The notes: generated from the sequence alone by a model not told the origin. DNA of 36,083 bases from Eubacteriales bacterium (GCA_045531105.1 JAZSDJ010000047.1:1-36083); one strand, 5' to 3'; positions 1-11,286 are shown, counted from the first letter of the stretch. Program-made: numbers and translations.

Positions 1-78
1 CCCAAAACTCATTCTTCGTTTCGGGGAACCCCTATCACGCGAACCCCCAAAACTCATTCTTCGTTTCGGGGAACCCCT
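1..78 (-). repeat. Two tandem copies (period 45 nt) of a GC-rich hairpin motif (ccccgaaac-N9-gttttgggg on the minus strand); a third copy lies at 9091-9129
   Basis: Direct reading: 1-33 and 40-78 are near-identical to each other and to 9091-9129. The 9-bp stem uses a G-U pair on the minus strand and would be an A-C mismatch on the plus strand. Confidence 0.7.
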
Positions 79-212
79 GTGCGACGGCAGACGATGGCTA
101 TCTTATGATAGTCGAGGTTAACAACGAGGAGTAACAGCGCAGGGTCCTCAAAGCGAACTTGCAGAGCTTTGGGGTTCCAAGCAGCGCATAACGCAGTTTA
201 TTCCTTTTGAAA

Positions 213-1325
213 TTAGTCTTCGATGCCAAGCGCCGACAAATCAAAATCTCCGTCGTCTGGAATGTCAAATTCTCCATCGTCGTCAGAGCCTTCGCCGTTC
301 GCTATTTTTGCTTTGATTTTGTCTTCGAGTTCTTTCATAAGTTCTTCCGAGGATTCAAGATGCGCGCGCATTTTGTCTTTTCCTTGGATTTTGGTATCTC
401 CATAGGTGAAGAATGAACCACTCTTTTCAACAATGCCAAGTTCTATTGCCATATCAACGATTTCTGTTGATTTGGAAATTCCCGAGCCGTAAAGTATTTC
501 AAATTCTGCAACCTTAAATGGTGGAGCGACTTTGTTTTTAACAACCTTCGCTTTTACTCTGTTTCCGTACGCTTCGCTTCCGTTTTTGAGTGTTTCGCTC
601 TTTCTTATGTCAATTCTTACTGATGCGTAGAATTTAAGTGCGTTACCACCTGTGGTTGTTTCTGGGTTTCCATACATAACGCCTATCTTGCTTCTCAACT
701 GGTTGATAAAGATAAGTATGCAGTTTGACTTGTTGATTGCGCCTGCGAGTTTACGAAGTGCCTGTGACATAAGTCTCGCTTGAACGCCCATATGGCTGTC
801 ACCCATTCCACCCTCAATTTCTTGTTGTGGTACAAGCGCTGCAACAGAGTCAATTACGATAATATCAACCGCTCCCGAGTTTATAAGGGTTTCAGCGATT
901 TCGAGCGCTTGCTCTCCGTTGTCAGGTTGAGAAACCAAAAGTTCGTCAATGTTTACGCCTATCGCTTTTGCGTACACAGGGTCAAGTGCGTGTTCTGCAT
1001 CTATGAACGCAGCCGTTCCGCCTTGCTTTTGGCTCTCTGCAACAGAGTGAAGCGCGATTGTTGTTTTACCAGATGATTCCGGACCATAAATTTCGATAAT
1101 TCTGCCCTTTGGAAGTCCACCAACACCGAGAGCAAGGTCAAGTGTGAGCGAACCTGTGGAAATTGCTTCAATTTTTATGTCAGGCGCGTCACCTAAACGA
1201 ATAATTGAGCCTTCTCCGTTGTCTTTTCTAATTTGCGCAAGCGCTGTATCAAGCGCTTTTCTCTTTTGTTCAGCAATGCTGAGTTCAGCGCCCTTCTTTT
1301 CAGTTTTTGTGGATTTTTTTGCCAT
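213..1325 (-). CDS. recA: Recombinase RecA
   Basis: 370-aa ORF with the Walker [20 protein letters not shown], the L2-type [15 protein letters not shown] and an acidic C-terminal tail. AGGAG lies upstream of the ATG. Confidence 0.97.
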   Translation of the reverse strand: MAKKSTKTEKKGAELSIAEQKRKALDTALAQIRKDNGEGSIIRLGDAPDIKIEAISTGSLTLDLALGVGGLPKGRIIEIYGPESSGKTTIALHSVAESQKQGGTAAFIDAEHALDPVYAKAIGVNIDELLVSQPDNGEQALEIAETLINSGAVDIIVIDSVAALVPQQEIEGGMGDSHMGVQARLMSQALRKLAGAINKSNCILIFINQLRSKIGVMYGNPETTTGGNALKFYASVRIDIRKSETLKNGSEAYGNRVKAKVVKNKVAPPFKVAEFEILYGSGISKSTEIVDMAIELGIVEKSGSFFTYGDTKIQGKDKMRAHLESSEELMKELEDKIKAKIANGEGSDDDGEFDIPDDGDFDLSALGIED

Positions 1326-1380
1326 TTAGTATCTCCTTGTATGTGGGATTGACAATGATTGTTGTTTGATTTAACGAACT

Positions 1381-1750
1381 TGATGAATTGCGACAGAGTC
1401 GCGTTAATTCGTTTTTGATGAATTGCGAACAGAGTTCGCATGAATTGACACTTCGTGTCATGAATTGAGGCTGTCGCCTCATGAATTCTCGCACAATTAA
1501 GCTACACTTACTCGCGCTTGCTTAATATATATTTTAATAATCGCCTCAATTTTTATCTCTCCTTGTGCTCCATTATATGAACTCTATTGCACTCCGTTCA
1601 TAATCTAACCAACATGGAGAAAACGGAGTTTTCGAGAATTTATGGAGTGTTTGAAAAACATGAGAATTCATGGAGCATTCGCAGAATGCGAGAATTAATG
1701 CCGAAGGCAATTCATTAATATGCAATTCATTGAGCGAAGCGATTTATTGC
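1381..1750 (-). repeat. Composite intergenic repeat, copy A. Two inverted arrays of short hairpins spaced by a (C)ATGAATT(G) core flank a conserved core (ctccatgttggttag...tataat)
   Basis: ATGAATT occurs at 1383, 1418, 1440, 1460 and 1481 (about 21-nt phasing), separated by variable palindromes. The complementary AATTCAT array lies at 1636-1740. The core at 1560-1616 matches copies at 5230-5300, 9240-9670, 31280-31326 and 36000-36075. Confidence 0.75.
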
Positions 1751-1893
1751 ATATCGACGAGCGCAAATGCGCTCCCATTTTAAGTTCAAAAAGCAAGAAT
1801 TTCATGACGCATCGCAAATGGCGGACTACGCCGTACGATGACGGTCGCCAGTGAGGAGCAACACAGAAATTCGACGCTTATTTGGACTTAAAA

Positions 1894-2469
1894 TCAGTAT
1901 GTTGGGCTATCAAGTCGCCATTCTCCTAAATCCTTATTGTAAGTAACAACCACCTCAATATCGAATGGCTCTTCACCTTCTTCTATTATGGCAGGGAGTG
2001 TGGCGATAATTTCGTTTCTTTTGATTTTTTCTATTTTGATTTTTGTTGTGTCGTATTTATACACTTTTTTTACGGAGTTTTCGTAGTTTACATTAACTGT
2101 AAGATAACCTGTGTCGCCTACTATGTATCTTGCGTAGATTGGAACTCCCATGTTTTGAGTTCCTGAAAAATACATGTTTATCATATCGTCAGCCATACGC
2201 TTTGAAAAAACCGCTTTTGTTTCTACCAAGAGGTCGTTTCTAACTTTGTATGATGCGTCTTCTCTGACATAGTAATAGTCGCCTGTATAGTGGTTTTCCA
2301 TATCAGCGGGTAATCCGTCACCATAATAAACCTGATTGAGCGAATACGAACGGTCAACAAGGTCTTTTACGATATCAAGCGCCTCATTTTCACCGTCAAC
2401 TCGCGCACAGGAACAAAATGTTCCCGTGGCAAGCAAAAGAGTGAGCGCTAATAGTAATATTTTTTTCAT
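1894..2469 (-). CDS. Putative lipoprotein of unknown function
   Basis: 191-aa ORF. The N-terminal signal peptide MKKILLLALTLLLATGTFCSC has a Cys-containing lipobox-like end. Its ATG spans 2467-2469, so it overlaps the gyrA stop codon (2469-2471) by one base. Confidence 0.7.
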   Translation of the reverse strand: MKKILLLALTLLLATGTFCSCARVDGENEALDIVKDLVDRSYSLNQVYYGDGLPADMENHYTGDYYYVREDASYKVRNDLLVETKAVFSKRMADDMINMYFSGTQNMGVPIYARYIVGDTGYLTVNVNYENSVKKVYKYDTTKIKIEKIKRNEIIATLPAIIEEGEEPFDIEVVVTYNKDLGEWRLDSPTY

Positions 2470-5042
2470 TATTCAGCATCCTCTGGGGTGCTTGGTGCAT
2501 CAGTTACAGGGGCAGATGTGTCAATATTTTCAGCATTTTGTGCGTTTTCGTTATCTACTATCTCTGTTGCCTCTGCGTTTTCTGTTACCTCTTCGTCCTC
2601 ATCGACTGCGTCGGTAAAGGTCATTTTTGCAACCTTTGTTCCATCTGCAATACGCATTACGCGCACGCCTGATGCGCTTCTATTATAAACAGGAACTTCA
2701 CTAACAGGAGTTCTTATAACAACACCTGCGTCGGTAATTGCCATAATATCTTCGCTTTCGTCAACTGCGCCGATTGTCGCAAGTTTTCCTGTCTTATCGG
2801 TTACATTGTGTGCGCGAACACCGAAGATACCACGATTTCTTGGCTCGAAGTCGCTAAATTCGCTTCTCTTACCAAATCCGTTTTCAGTTACTGTCAAAAG
2901 TTTCTTTGTTTCGTCAACGATAACCGCTCCACAAACTACATCATCGCCACGAAGTTCAATACCACGAACACCGCGAGCGGTTCTACCAACGATAGATACT
3001 TTGTCTTCTGTAAAGCGAACGCCTTGTCCGTTCTTTGATGCGATAATAATGTCGCTATCTCCCTTAGTGTGTCCAACAAAGATAAGTTCGTCGCCTTCGT
3101 CAAGGTTGATTGCAATCTTACCGCCCTTGCGTTGATATTCGTATTCCTTAACTCTTGTGCGTTTAATTACGCCCTTGCGAGTTACCATTACGAGATATTC
3201 ATTTTCCTCAAATCCTTCAAGCGCCACCATTGCGGTTACTTTTTCGCCCTTTTCAATCTCGATTATATTGATAAGGTTAGCGCCCTTAGCGGTTCTTGAA
3301 CTTTCAGGAATTCTATATACCTTTCTTACGAAAATCTTACCATTATCGGTAAACATAAGAAGGTGTGAGTGTGAATTTGCAACGAGAATGTTCTCAATAA
3401 AGTCCTCGTCCTTTGTTCCCATTGCCACAAGACCTTTACCTCCACGGTGTTGAGCCTCGTATGTGTCAGCGGGTATTCTCTTAATATAGCCTGAATTTGT
3501 AAGAGTGATTACGCACTCATGGCGCTCAATAAGGTCTTCAAGGTCGATTTCGTCGTCGCTGTCGATAATCTCTGTGCGTCTTTCGTCTGCGTATTTTCTC
3601 TTGATTTCTTCAAGTTCTGTTTTGATGATTTCTTTAATCTTGTTTTCGTCAGCCAAAATCGCTGTGAGTTCTGCAATAGTTGCGTGAAGTTTTGCAAGAC
3701 GCTCCTCAACCTTTTGTCTTTCCATTCCAGACAAACGGCCAAGTGTCATTTCTACAATCGCTTGTGATTGCTCCTCGGAGAGCAAGAACCTTTCTCTGAG
3801 TTTCTCTTTCGCTACCGCTGTGCTTTCACTTCCACGAATGATTGAAATTACCTCGTCGATATTGTCAATCGCTATCTTATAACCCTCGTAAATGTGAGCC
3901 TCCGCTTGCGCTTTTTTGAGGTCAAAACGAGTTCTACGCTGAACGATTTCTTCTTGATATTTGATATATTCCTTCAAGATTTCACGAAGTCCAAGTGTCT
4001 TTGGCTCGCCATTTACCAAAACGAGCATATTCATAGCACAAGTGTCTTGAAGTTGTGTGTTTTTGTAAAGTTGGTTAAGAATTACTTGAAGGTTCGCGTC
4101 GCGACGGCACTCAATTACAATTCTCATTCCCGCACGACCACTCTCGTCGCGAATACCCGTAAGTCCTTCTACCTTTTTGTCTTTGTGAAGTTCCGCTATT
4201 TTTTCAATAAGTTGTGACTTGTTTACCATATATGGTATTTCTGTTACAACTATTCTGTGTTCTTCTTCCTCGCATACTGCCTTTGAACGAACGCTTACTC
4301 TGCCCTTTCCTGTGGTATATGCGTCGATAATTCCGCGTTTTCCGTAAATTGTTGCATAGGTTGGGAAGTCTGGACCTTTTATGTATTCCATCATTTCCTC
4401 AACGCTCGCGTCGGGATTATCAATTAAGTGAATTGTTCCGTCAATTACCTCGCCAAGGTTGTGAGGTGGAATGTTTGTCGCCATACCTACGGCAATACCT
4501 ACGCTTCCGTTTACCAAAACATTTGGGAAACGAGATGGAAGTACAGTTGGCTCTTTACGGCTGTTGTCAAAGTTTGGAACGAAGTCAACAACATCTTTTT
4601 CAATGTCAGCCATAAGTTCGTTTGCAAGTTTTGACATTCTCGCCTCTGTATAACGATATGCAGCGGCGCCGTCACCATCAACGTTACCAAAGTTTCCGTG
4701 TCCGTCAATGAGTGGGTGACGAAGTGAGAATGGTTGAGCCATTCTTACAAGCGTTCCATATACCGCTTGGTCTCCGTGTGGATGGTATCTACCAAGCACG
4801 TTACCGACGGTTGTCGCTGATTTTCTAAATGGTTTGTCCGAGGTCAAGTGGTCCTCGTACATAGCGTACATTACACGTCTTTGTCCAGGTTTCATTCCGT
4901 CCCTGACATCAGGCAACGCACGCGATACAATTACGCTCATTGAGTATTCAAGAAACGCTTCTTTTACTCTTGACTCAATATTGCGATTTACTATCATCTG
5001 CTCAATATTTTCATAATCAAGCACATTGTGTTCTTTTTCCAT
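2469..5042 (-). CDS. gyrA: DNA gyrase subunit A
   Basis: 857-aa ORF with SVIVSRALPDVRDGMKPGQRRV, the catalytic AAAYRYTEARM motif, C-terminal beta-pinwheel repeats and an acidic tail. AAGGAG lies before the ATG. Confidence 0.97.
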   Translation of the reverse strand: MEKEHNVLDYENIEQMIVNRNIESRVKEAFLEYSMSVIVSRALPDVRDGMKPGQRRVMYAMYEDHLTSDKPFRKSATTVGNVLGRYHPHGDQAVYGTLVRMAQPFSLRHPLIDGHGNFGNVDGDGAAAYRYTEARMSKLANELMADIEKDVVDFVPNFDNSRKEPTVLPSRFPNVLVNGSVGIAVGMATNIPPHNLGEVIDGTIHLIDNPDASVEEMMEYIKGPDFPTYATIYGKRGIIDAYTTGKGRVSVRSKAVCEEEEHRIVVTEIPYMVNKSQLIEKIAELHKDKKVEGLTGIRDESGRAGMRIVIECRRDANLQVILNQLYKNTQLQDTCAMNMLVLVNGEPKTLGLREILKEYIKYQEEIVQRRTRFDLKKAQAEAHIYEGYKIAIDNIDEVISIIRGSESTAVAKEKLRERFLLSEEQSQAIVEMTLGRLSGMERQKVEERLAKLHATIAELTAILADENKIKEIIKTELEEIKRKYADERRTEIIDSDDEIDLEDLIERHECVITLTNSGYIKRIPADTYEAQHRGGKGLVAMGTKDEDFIENILVANSHSHLLMFTDNGKIFVRKVYRIPESSRTAKGANLINIIEIEKGEKVTAMVALEGFEENEYLVMVTRKGVIKRTRVKEYEYQRKGGKIAINLDEGDELIFVGHTKGDSDIIIASKNGQGVRFTEDKVSIVGRTARGVRGIELRGDDVVCGAVIVDETKKLLTVTENGFGKRSEFSDFEPRNRGIFGVRAHNVTDKTGKLATIGAVDESEDIMAITDAGVVIRTPVSEVPVYNRSASGVRVMRIADGTKVAKMTFTDAVDEDEEVTENAEATEIVDNENAQNAENIDTSAPVTDAPSTPEDAE

Positions 5043-5110
5043 TGTTTACTCCTTCTGATTTGCGAGTATATTTCTTCGTTTTGTGTCAAACTTTATTTTT
5101 AATTTAAGGT

Positions 5111-5379
5111 GATGAATTGCACACTTTGTGTGCATTAATTCTCGAACGCGTTGCGTTCTGCGACTCGCTTTGCTCGCGTGCATATCTTCCACCAGCCAAT
5201 CGCGCTTCGTCTCAACTCGCGTTCTTGGGGTGTCACCTACATTGTATCAACTCTATTACACTTTTCTCGTTCGTAATCTAACCAACATGGAGCGAGTGGA
5301 ACGAGCGAGAATTCATGAGGCTTTGCCTCAATTCATGAACGCTTGCGTTCAATTCATGGAGCAAAGCGAGAATTAATTG
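5111..5379 (-). repeat. Composite intergenic repeat, copy B (between gyrB and gyrA)
   Basis: AATTCAT/AATTAAT cores sit at 5310, 5330, 5351 and 5371 (20-21-nt phasing). The terminal inverted sequences are gcattaattctcg (5143-5155) and cgagaattaatt (5367-5378). The core at 5230-5300 is near-identical to 35960-36075. Confidence 0.75.
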
Positions 5380-5391
5380 TTCGTTGAAAAT

Positions 5392-7431
<2,040 letters not shown>

Positions 7432-7607
7432 TCAAAAAGAAAAGTTGTAAAATTAATTAGTATGAATCAACGGACGAGTGTCCGAGGCAAGTGGTGAGCC
7501 ACCGCGAGCAACCTTCGTATTAATTCCACACTTACTCGCCACTACATATTTTTATTATATCAATTAAAAACGGACAAAACGGACAACTTTTTAAAAGTGG
7601 CAAATTT

Positions 7608-7850
7608 TTATATTTTTGTTAGCCCTGCAAGAATAGTGCTTACATTGTGTTCAGCCAAATAAATTGTTCCGTCTTTCATTATTACAAATGATTTTGGCAA
7701 GTCATAGCCAAGAGTTACTACTCTGCCGTTTTTTTGTGCTTTATTTAAATACGCGCGCGTATGCGTAGATACTGTCGCCGTGTCAAGGTCAAATATCGCC
7801 TCAACTTCACACGAGCGAACGTTTTTATTACTTCCTAAATATAAATACAT
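7608..7850 (-). CDS. remB: DUF370-family protein (RemB/YaaB-like)
   Basis: 80-aa ORF starting MYLYLG. Size and position between recF and gyrB match Bacillus yaaB/remB. Confidence 0.75.
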   Translation of the reverse strand: MYLYLGSNKNVRSCEVEAIFDLDTATVSTHTRAYLNKAQKNGRVVTLGYDLPKSFVIMKDGTIYLAEHNVSTILAGLTKI

Positions 7851-7878
7851 ATTTTTTTAATGCAAGGTGCAAAGGCAA

Positions 7879-9033
7879 CTATTCCTCGCCTTTCTCCTCC
7901 ACTTTAATTTCTTCCTCACCAAAACAGTTTTTTTCACACCTTTTTCCGTCTTGAAGATAAATAAAGGTTGTTTCCTCTTGTGTGAAATAGTTTGGTTCGC
8001 ACGAGGTTATTATAACTTGTCTATTATTGATGTTTGAAAGGACATATTTGCGTCTTGACACATCAAGTTCTGAAAGAACATCGTCAAGCAAGAATACAGG
8101 GTACTCTCCTGTATGCTCTTTGCTTATCTCGCCCTCTGCCATTTTCATTGCCAAGGCAAGCGAGCGTTGCTGTCCTTGCGATGCATAAAGCCTTGCATCT
8201 TTTCCGTTTAGTTCTATTTTTAAGTCGTCTTTGTGTATTCCATACACTGTCGCTCCATATCTTATCTCTCTTTCAAGATTTTCTGTCAGAAGTACAGCGT
8301 ATCTGTTTTTGAGTGTTTCTCGCGAAGAAAAATCCTCGCCTTGTGCGTTGGTTTCGTATGTGATTTTCGGAACTTCGCGCCCGTCTGTCATTTGAGAGAA
8401 AAATTCCTTTACCCAAAAGTCGAGTTTCTTTACATATTCGTTCCTTGCATCCGCTATGTCTGCACAAATTGATGCAAGTTCGCTCGAATAAAAGTCTATC
8501 GTTTCTCTGTATTGAGCCCTCTCGACCTCGTCCATTTTGAGTATTGCATTTCGCGAACTCATTACACTGTTATATCTCGTCATTAATTTGATATATACAG
8601 GCTTTAATTGGCTTATCGCTACATCTAAAAATCCCCTTCTCACACTCGGTGAGTCGCTTATAATTCCAAGATGCGATGGGCAAAATAGCACGGAACGAAA
8701 TTCGCCAATAATATCTGCCGTCTTTTGTACCTTTGAACCGTTTTTGTAAAACGCCTTCGGGCCAGAACGCGATATTTCAACGCCTATCTTCTCGCTCGCT
8801 CCTCGCTTTTCATATTCCATAAGCGAATACGCAACATTTTTGTCAAAGCGTATGAGTTCTTTGTCTTTGAGCGCACGAAAACTCTTTCCACGCGCAAATA
8901 AGTATATCGCCTCTATTATGTTCGTCTTGCCTTGCGCGTTGCGCCCGCATATTACATTCACCGTCGGCGAAAACTCTATTCTCTCTTTTTCTATATTTCT
9001 AAATTCTGTTAATTCTATGTTTTTTACAATCAT
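7879..9033 (-). CDS. recF: DNA replication/repair protein RecF
   Basis: 384-aa ORF with the Walker A GRNAQGKTN, the SMC-like signature SQGQQRSLALA and the Walker B FLLDDVLSELD. Confidence 0.95.
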   Translation of the reverse strand: MIVKNIELTEFRNIEKERIEFSPTVNVICGRNAQGKTNIIEAIYLFARGKSFRALKDKELIRFDKNVAYSLMEYEKRGASEKIGVEISRSGPKAFYKNGSKVQKTADIIGEFRSVLFCPSHLGIISDSPSVRRGFLDVAISQLKPVYIKLMTRYNSVMSSRNAILKMDEVERAQYRETIDFYSSELASICADIADARNEYVKKLDFWVKEFFSQMTDGREVPKITYETNAQGEDFSSRETLKNRYAVLLTENLEREIRYGATVYGIHKDDLKIELNGKDARLYASQGQQRSLALAMKMAEGEISKEHTGEYPVFLLDDVLSELDVSRRKYVLSNINNRQVIITSCEPNYFTQEETTFIYLQDGKRCEKNCFGEEEIKVEEKGEE

Positions 9034-9057
9034 ATAAATACAAGTTGCGTCTGTGAA

Positions 9058-9748
9058 GCGTTAATTCTTTTTTGATGAATTGCGCACACGCGAACCCCCA
9101 AAACTCATTCTTCGTTTCGGGGAACCCCTGAGCGTTGGCGCATTAATTCTCGAACGCGTTGCGTTCTCCATAAATTCTCAAACACTGCGTGTTTTCCATG
9201 AATTCTCACGCACATTTCAGCAAACTTAATTGTTTAACTCCTTGTGCGTTCCATTGTATGAACGCTATTACACTTAGAATTAATTATTTTTTGCTGTATT
9301 AATAGACGCTATCAATATTTTTCTTATTTTGCTATTTTTAGAAAATAAATCTCTATAAATGTTGTCTGAAATATTTCCTGTTTCCTTTAAAATATCAAGC
9401 CAATACCCAGTTTCGTGATTTTCTTTTAATGTAATTTTTAATTTGTTACAAAAATCTGCCTTGCTACTTGCATAATTTGCTTCGTGAATATTCGCTCCTA
9501 TACTTGTTCCGCTCCTCATTAGTTGAACTGCGATACTTTTTATTTTATTGTTTTCTTGCAAATTTACTGATAAATTTAAAATATCTATTGCAAATTCCTT
9601 AGATAATTTTAATAAAATATTATCCTTCATTTTTTAATCCTTTTCTATCTAATATGGAGCGAGTGGAACGAGCGAGAATTCATGAGGCAACAGCCTTAAT
9701 TCACGAACGCTTGCGTTCAATTTATGGAGCAAAGCGAGAATTAATCAT
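9058..9748 (-). repeat. Composite intergenic repeat, copy C, interrupted by and carrying the four-helix-bundle ORF
   Basis: The left arm at 9058-9279 (gcgttaattc..gatgaattg..., core ...cattgtatgaacgctattacac) and the right arm at 9640-9748 (ctaatatggagcgagtggaacgagcgagaattcatgagg...) are collinear with copy B. ORF 9280-9630 replaces the 16-nt centre. Confidence 0.75.
9280..9630 (-). CDS. Four-helix-bundle protein (23S rRNA intervening-sequence protein / Avd-like family)
   Basis: 116-aa ORF with the family-typical QLMRSGTSIGANIHEA...ADF..KL.I..KE..ET.YWL pattern. Confidence 0.85.
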   Translation of the reverse strand: MKDNILLKLSKEFAIDILNLSVNLQENNKIKSIAVQLMRSGTSIGANIHEANYASSKADFCNKLKITLKENHETGYWLDILKETGNISDNIYRDLFSKNSKIRKILIASINTAKNN

Positions 9749-9774
9749 GAATAACTAATTTTGCTTTACCAAAA

Positions 9775-10920
9775 TTAGTTATTCATTCTAAGTGGCATCA
9801 CAAAATATTTATATGTCGCATCGCTCTTGTCCTGTGGCTCAATAAGTACGCCGTGGAGAGGGTTATTATACGACATTTTGATTTCTCCGTCGTCTATTAC
9901 TTTGAGTGCGTCAAGCATAAATTTACAGTTAAATCCGATTACCATTCCTTCGTCGGTTTCTTTTCTTATTTGAATTGTGTCAAATGCGTTTCCATTTGAA
10001 CTTATTGTTGACACCAAAAGGTTGTCTTCAACTGTGAATTTTACATATGAACGAATACTTCCCGCTAAACGGTCCTCTACTATGAGCGAACTTCTTTCAA
10101 GCGCTCCACGAAGCGCTGAGGCGTCAAGATATGTTACTACCTTGTGTGATGTTGGAAGTATTCTGTTATAGTCGATATACTCGGAGTCAATCGTCTTTGA
10201 GAAGAACATATATGTTCCAAATTTGAAAATGATATATCTTCTTGTAAGTCTTATCTCTAATGCATCTTCTGTGTCTTTTGTCATTTTGAGTATGTCAGAA
10301 AGTGTTCTTCCTGGTACGATGAATTTGAGATTGAGATTTACAAGGTCTTTGCTCCTGTTTTCAAGTTTGATTTCCTTTTCACAGTATGCAAGTCTGTTTC
10401 CGTCACACGCAACTATTAACATATTGTTGTCGGTGATTTTAAAGTACGCTCCGTTAAATACAGGACGAGCGTCGTTTTGTCCTATCGCAAAGTATATTCT
10501 GTTTACAAATTTTCTGAATAAATATTGTGGTATCATAAATCCTCTCTCTCCATATATTTCTGGAAGAGGTGGGAATTGGTCGCCAGGTAATGCCTTTATA
10601 TCAAAGTGCGAAAGTCCTGACTCTATTCTCGCTGAAAATTTGTCGTCAACACTTACTTTTATGTCGCCAGCGGGCATTACTTTCAATATTTGAAGAAGTT
10701 TGTTCGCGTTGATTACTACATCGCCTTCTTCTTCTACTCTCGCTACTATTGAGGTTCTAAAACCTTTTTCCATGTCTTGTGTCTCAATTACTACCTTGCC
10801 GTCTTCTGTGCATACAAGGTGTACGCCTTCGAGATTTGCCATTGTGTTCTTTCCCGCTACTGTGTAAAGCGCTGGGGTCAATCCATTCATTAATGTGTCT
10901 CTGTCAAAAATTACTACCAT
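9775..10920 (-). CDS. dnaN: DNA polymerase III beta sliding clamp
   Basis: 381-aa ORF of the expected length, positioned directly after dnaA, ending in the clamp-like C-terminus ...KYFVMPLRMN. Confidence 0.93.
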   Translation of the reverse strand: MVVIFDRDTLMNGLTPALYTVAGKNTMANLEGVHLVCTEDGKVVIETQDMEKGFRTSIVARVEEEGDVVINANKLLQILKVMPAGDIKVSVDDKFSARIESGLSHFDIKALPGDQFPPLPEIYGERGFMIPQYLFRKFVNRIYFAIGQNDARPVFNGAYFKITDNNMLIVACDGNRLAYCEKEIKLENRSKDLVNLNLKFIVPGRTLSDILKMTKDTEDALEIRLTRRYIIFKFGTYMFFSKTIDSEYIDYNRILPTSHKVVTYLDASALRGALERSSLIVEDRLAGSIRSYVKFTVEDNLLVSTISSNGNAFDTIQIRKETDEGMVIGFNCKFMLDALKVIDDGEIKMSYNNPLHGVLIEPQDKSDATYKYFVMPLRMNN

Positions 10921-11172
10921 ATTTACTCCTGTCTCTTACTTTTTCTTTGCTGAAAAGAAAAAGTAAGCAAAAAGAAAAGTTATAAATTAATTTCTATTAT
11001 TTTAAAATTACCGCTAAACTAACACTAGTCTGCCACCCGAGGCTCTCGGGCCCGTGGGGGCTTCCCCACCTGAAAATAAAAAGATACCAAAAAGAAAAGT
11101 TATAAATTAATTTTCTATTATTTTAAAATTACTGCTAAACAAACACCAGTTTGCCTGTCGGGGATTCCCCGA
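10921..11172 (-). repeat. Leader/spacer repeat module, two consecutive copies (10921-11050 and 11078-11172), directly upstream of dnaN
   Basis: 10921-11050 is near-identical to 13133-13268, which lies upstream of dnaA. It contains a perfect 14-bp hairpin (10935-10967) 4 nt from the dnaN SD. Confidence 0.8.
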
Positions 11173-11286
11173 TAATTTTGTGTTTCGTGTTGCTTTTTTA
11201 AATTGTCGTGCCGTATTAATGAGTTTATACTAAATAAGCACGAACATTTGCCACCCGAGGCTCTCGGGTTTTCAACGGGGAAAACG

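Noticed and set aside
1381-1492. The hairpin arrays with about 21-nt periodicity superficially resemble a CRISPR array.
   Set aside because: The conserved part is only an 8-9-nt core. The variable parts are themselves short palindromes of 11-13 nt. The arrays have 3-5 units and occur as inverted pairs, and no cas genes are present.
223-5016. Numerous 60-110-aa ORFs antisense to or out of frame within recA, gyrA, gyrB, recF, dnaN, dnaA, the lipoprotein genes and the VirD4-like operon.
   Set aside because: They are fully embedded in long ORFs with strong family motifs and have low-complexity translations. They are typical shadow ORFs.
5128-5376. ORFs 5128-5376 (+) and 31194-31457 (-) share the peptide string LVRNLTNME...EALPQFMNA, which hints at a conserved small protein.
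   Set aside because: The similarity lies at the nucleotide level of the composite repeat. There is no SD. The frames run through hairpin arrays and differ in length and termini between copies, and other copies (A, C, E) do not keep the frame.
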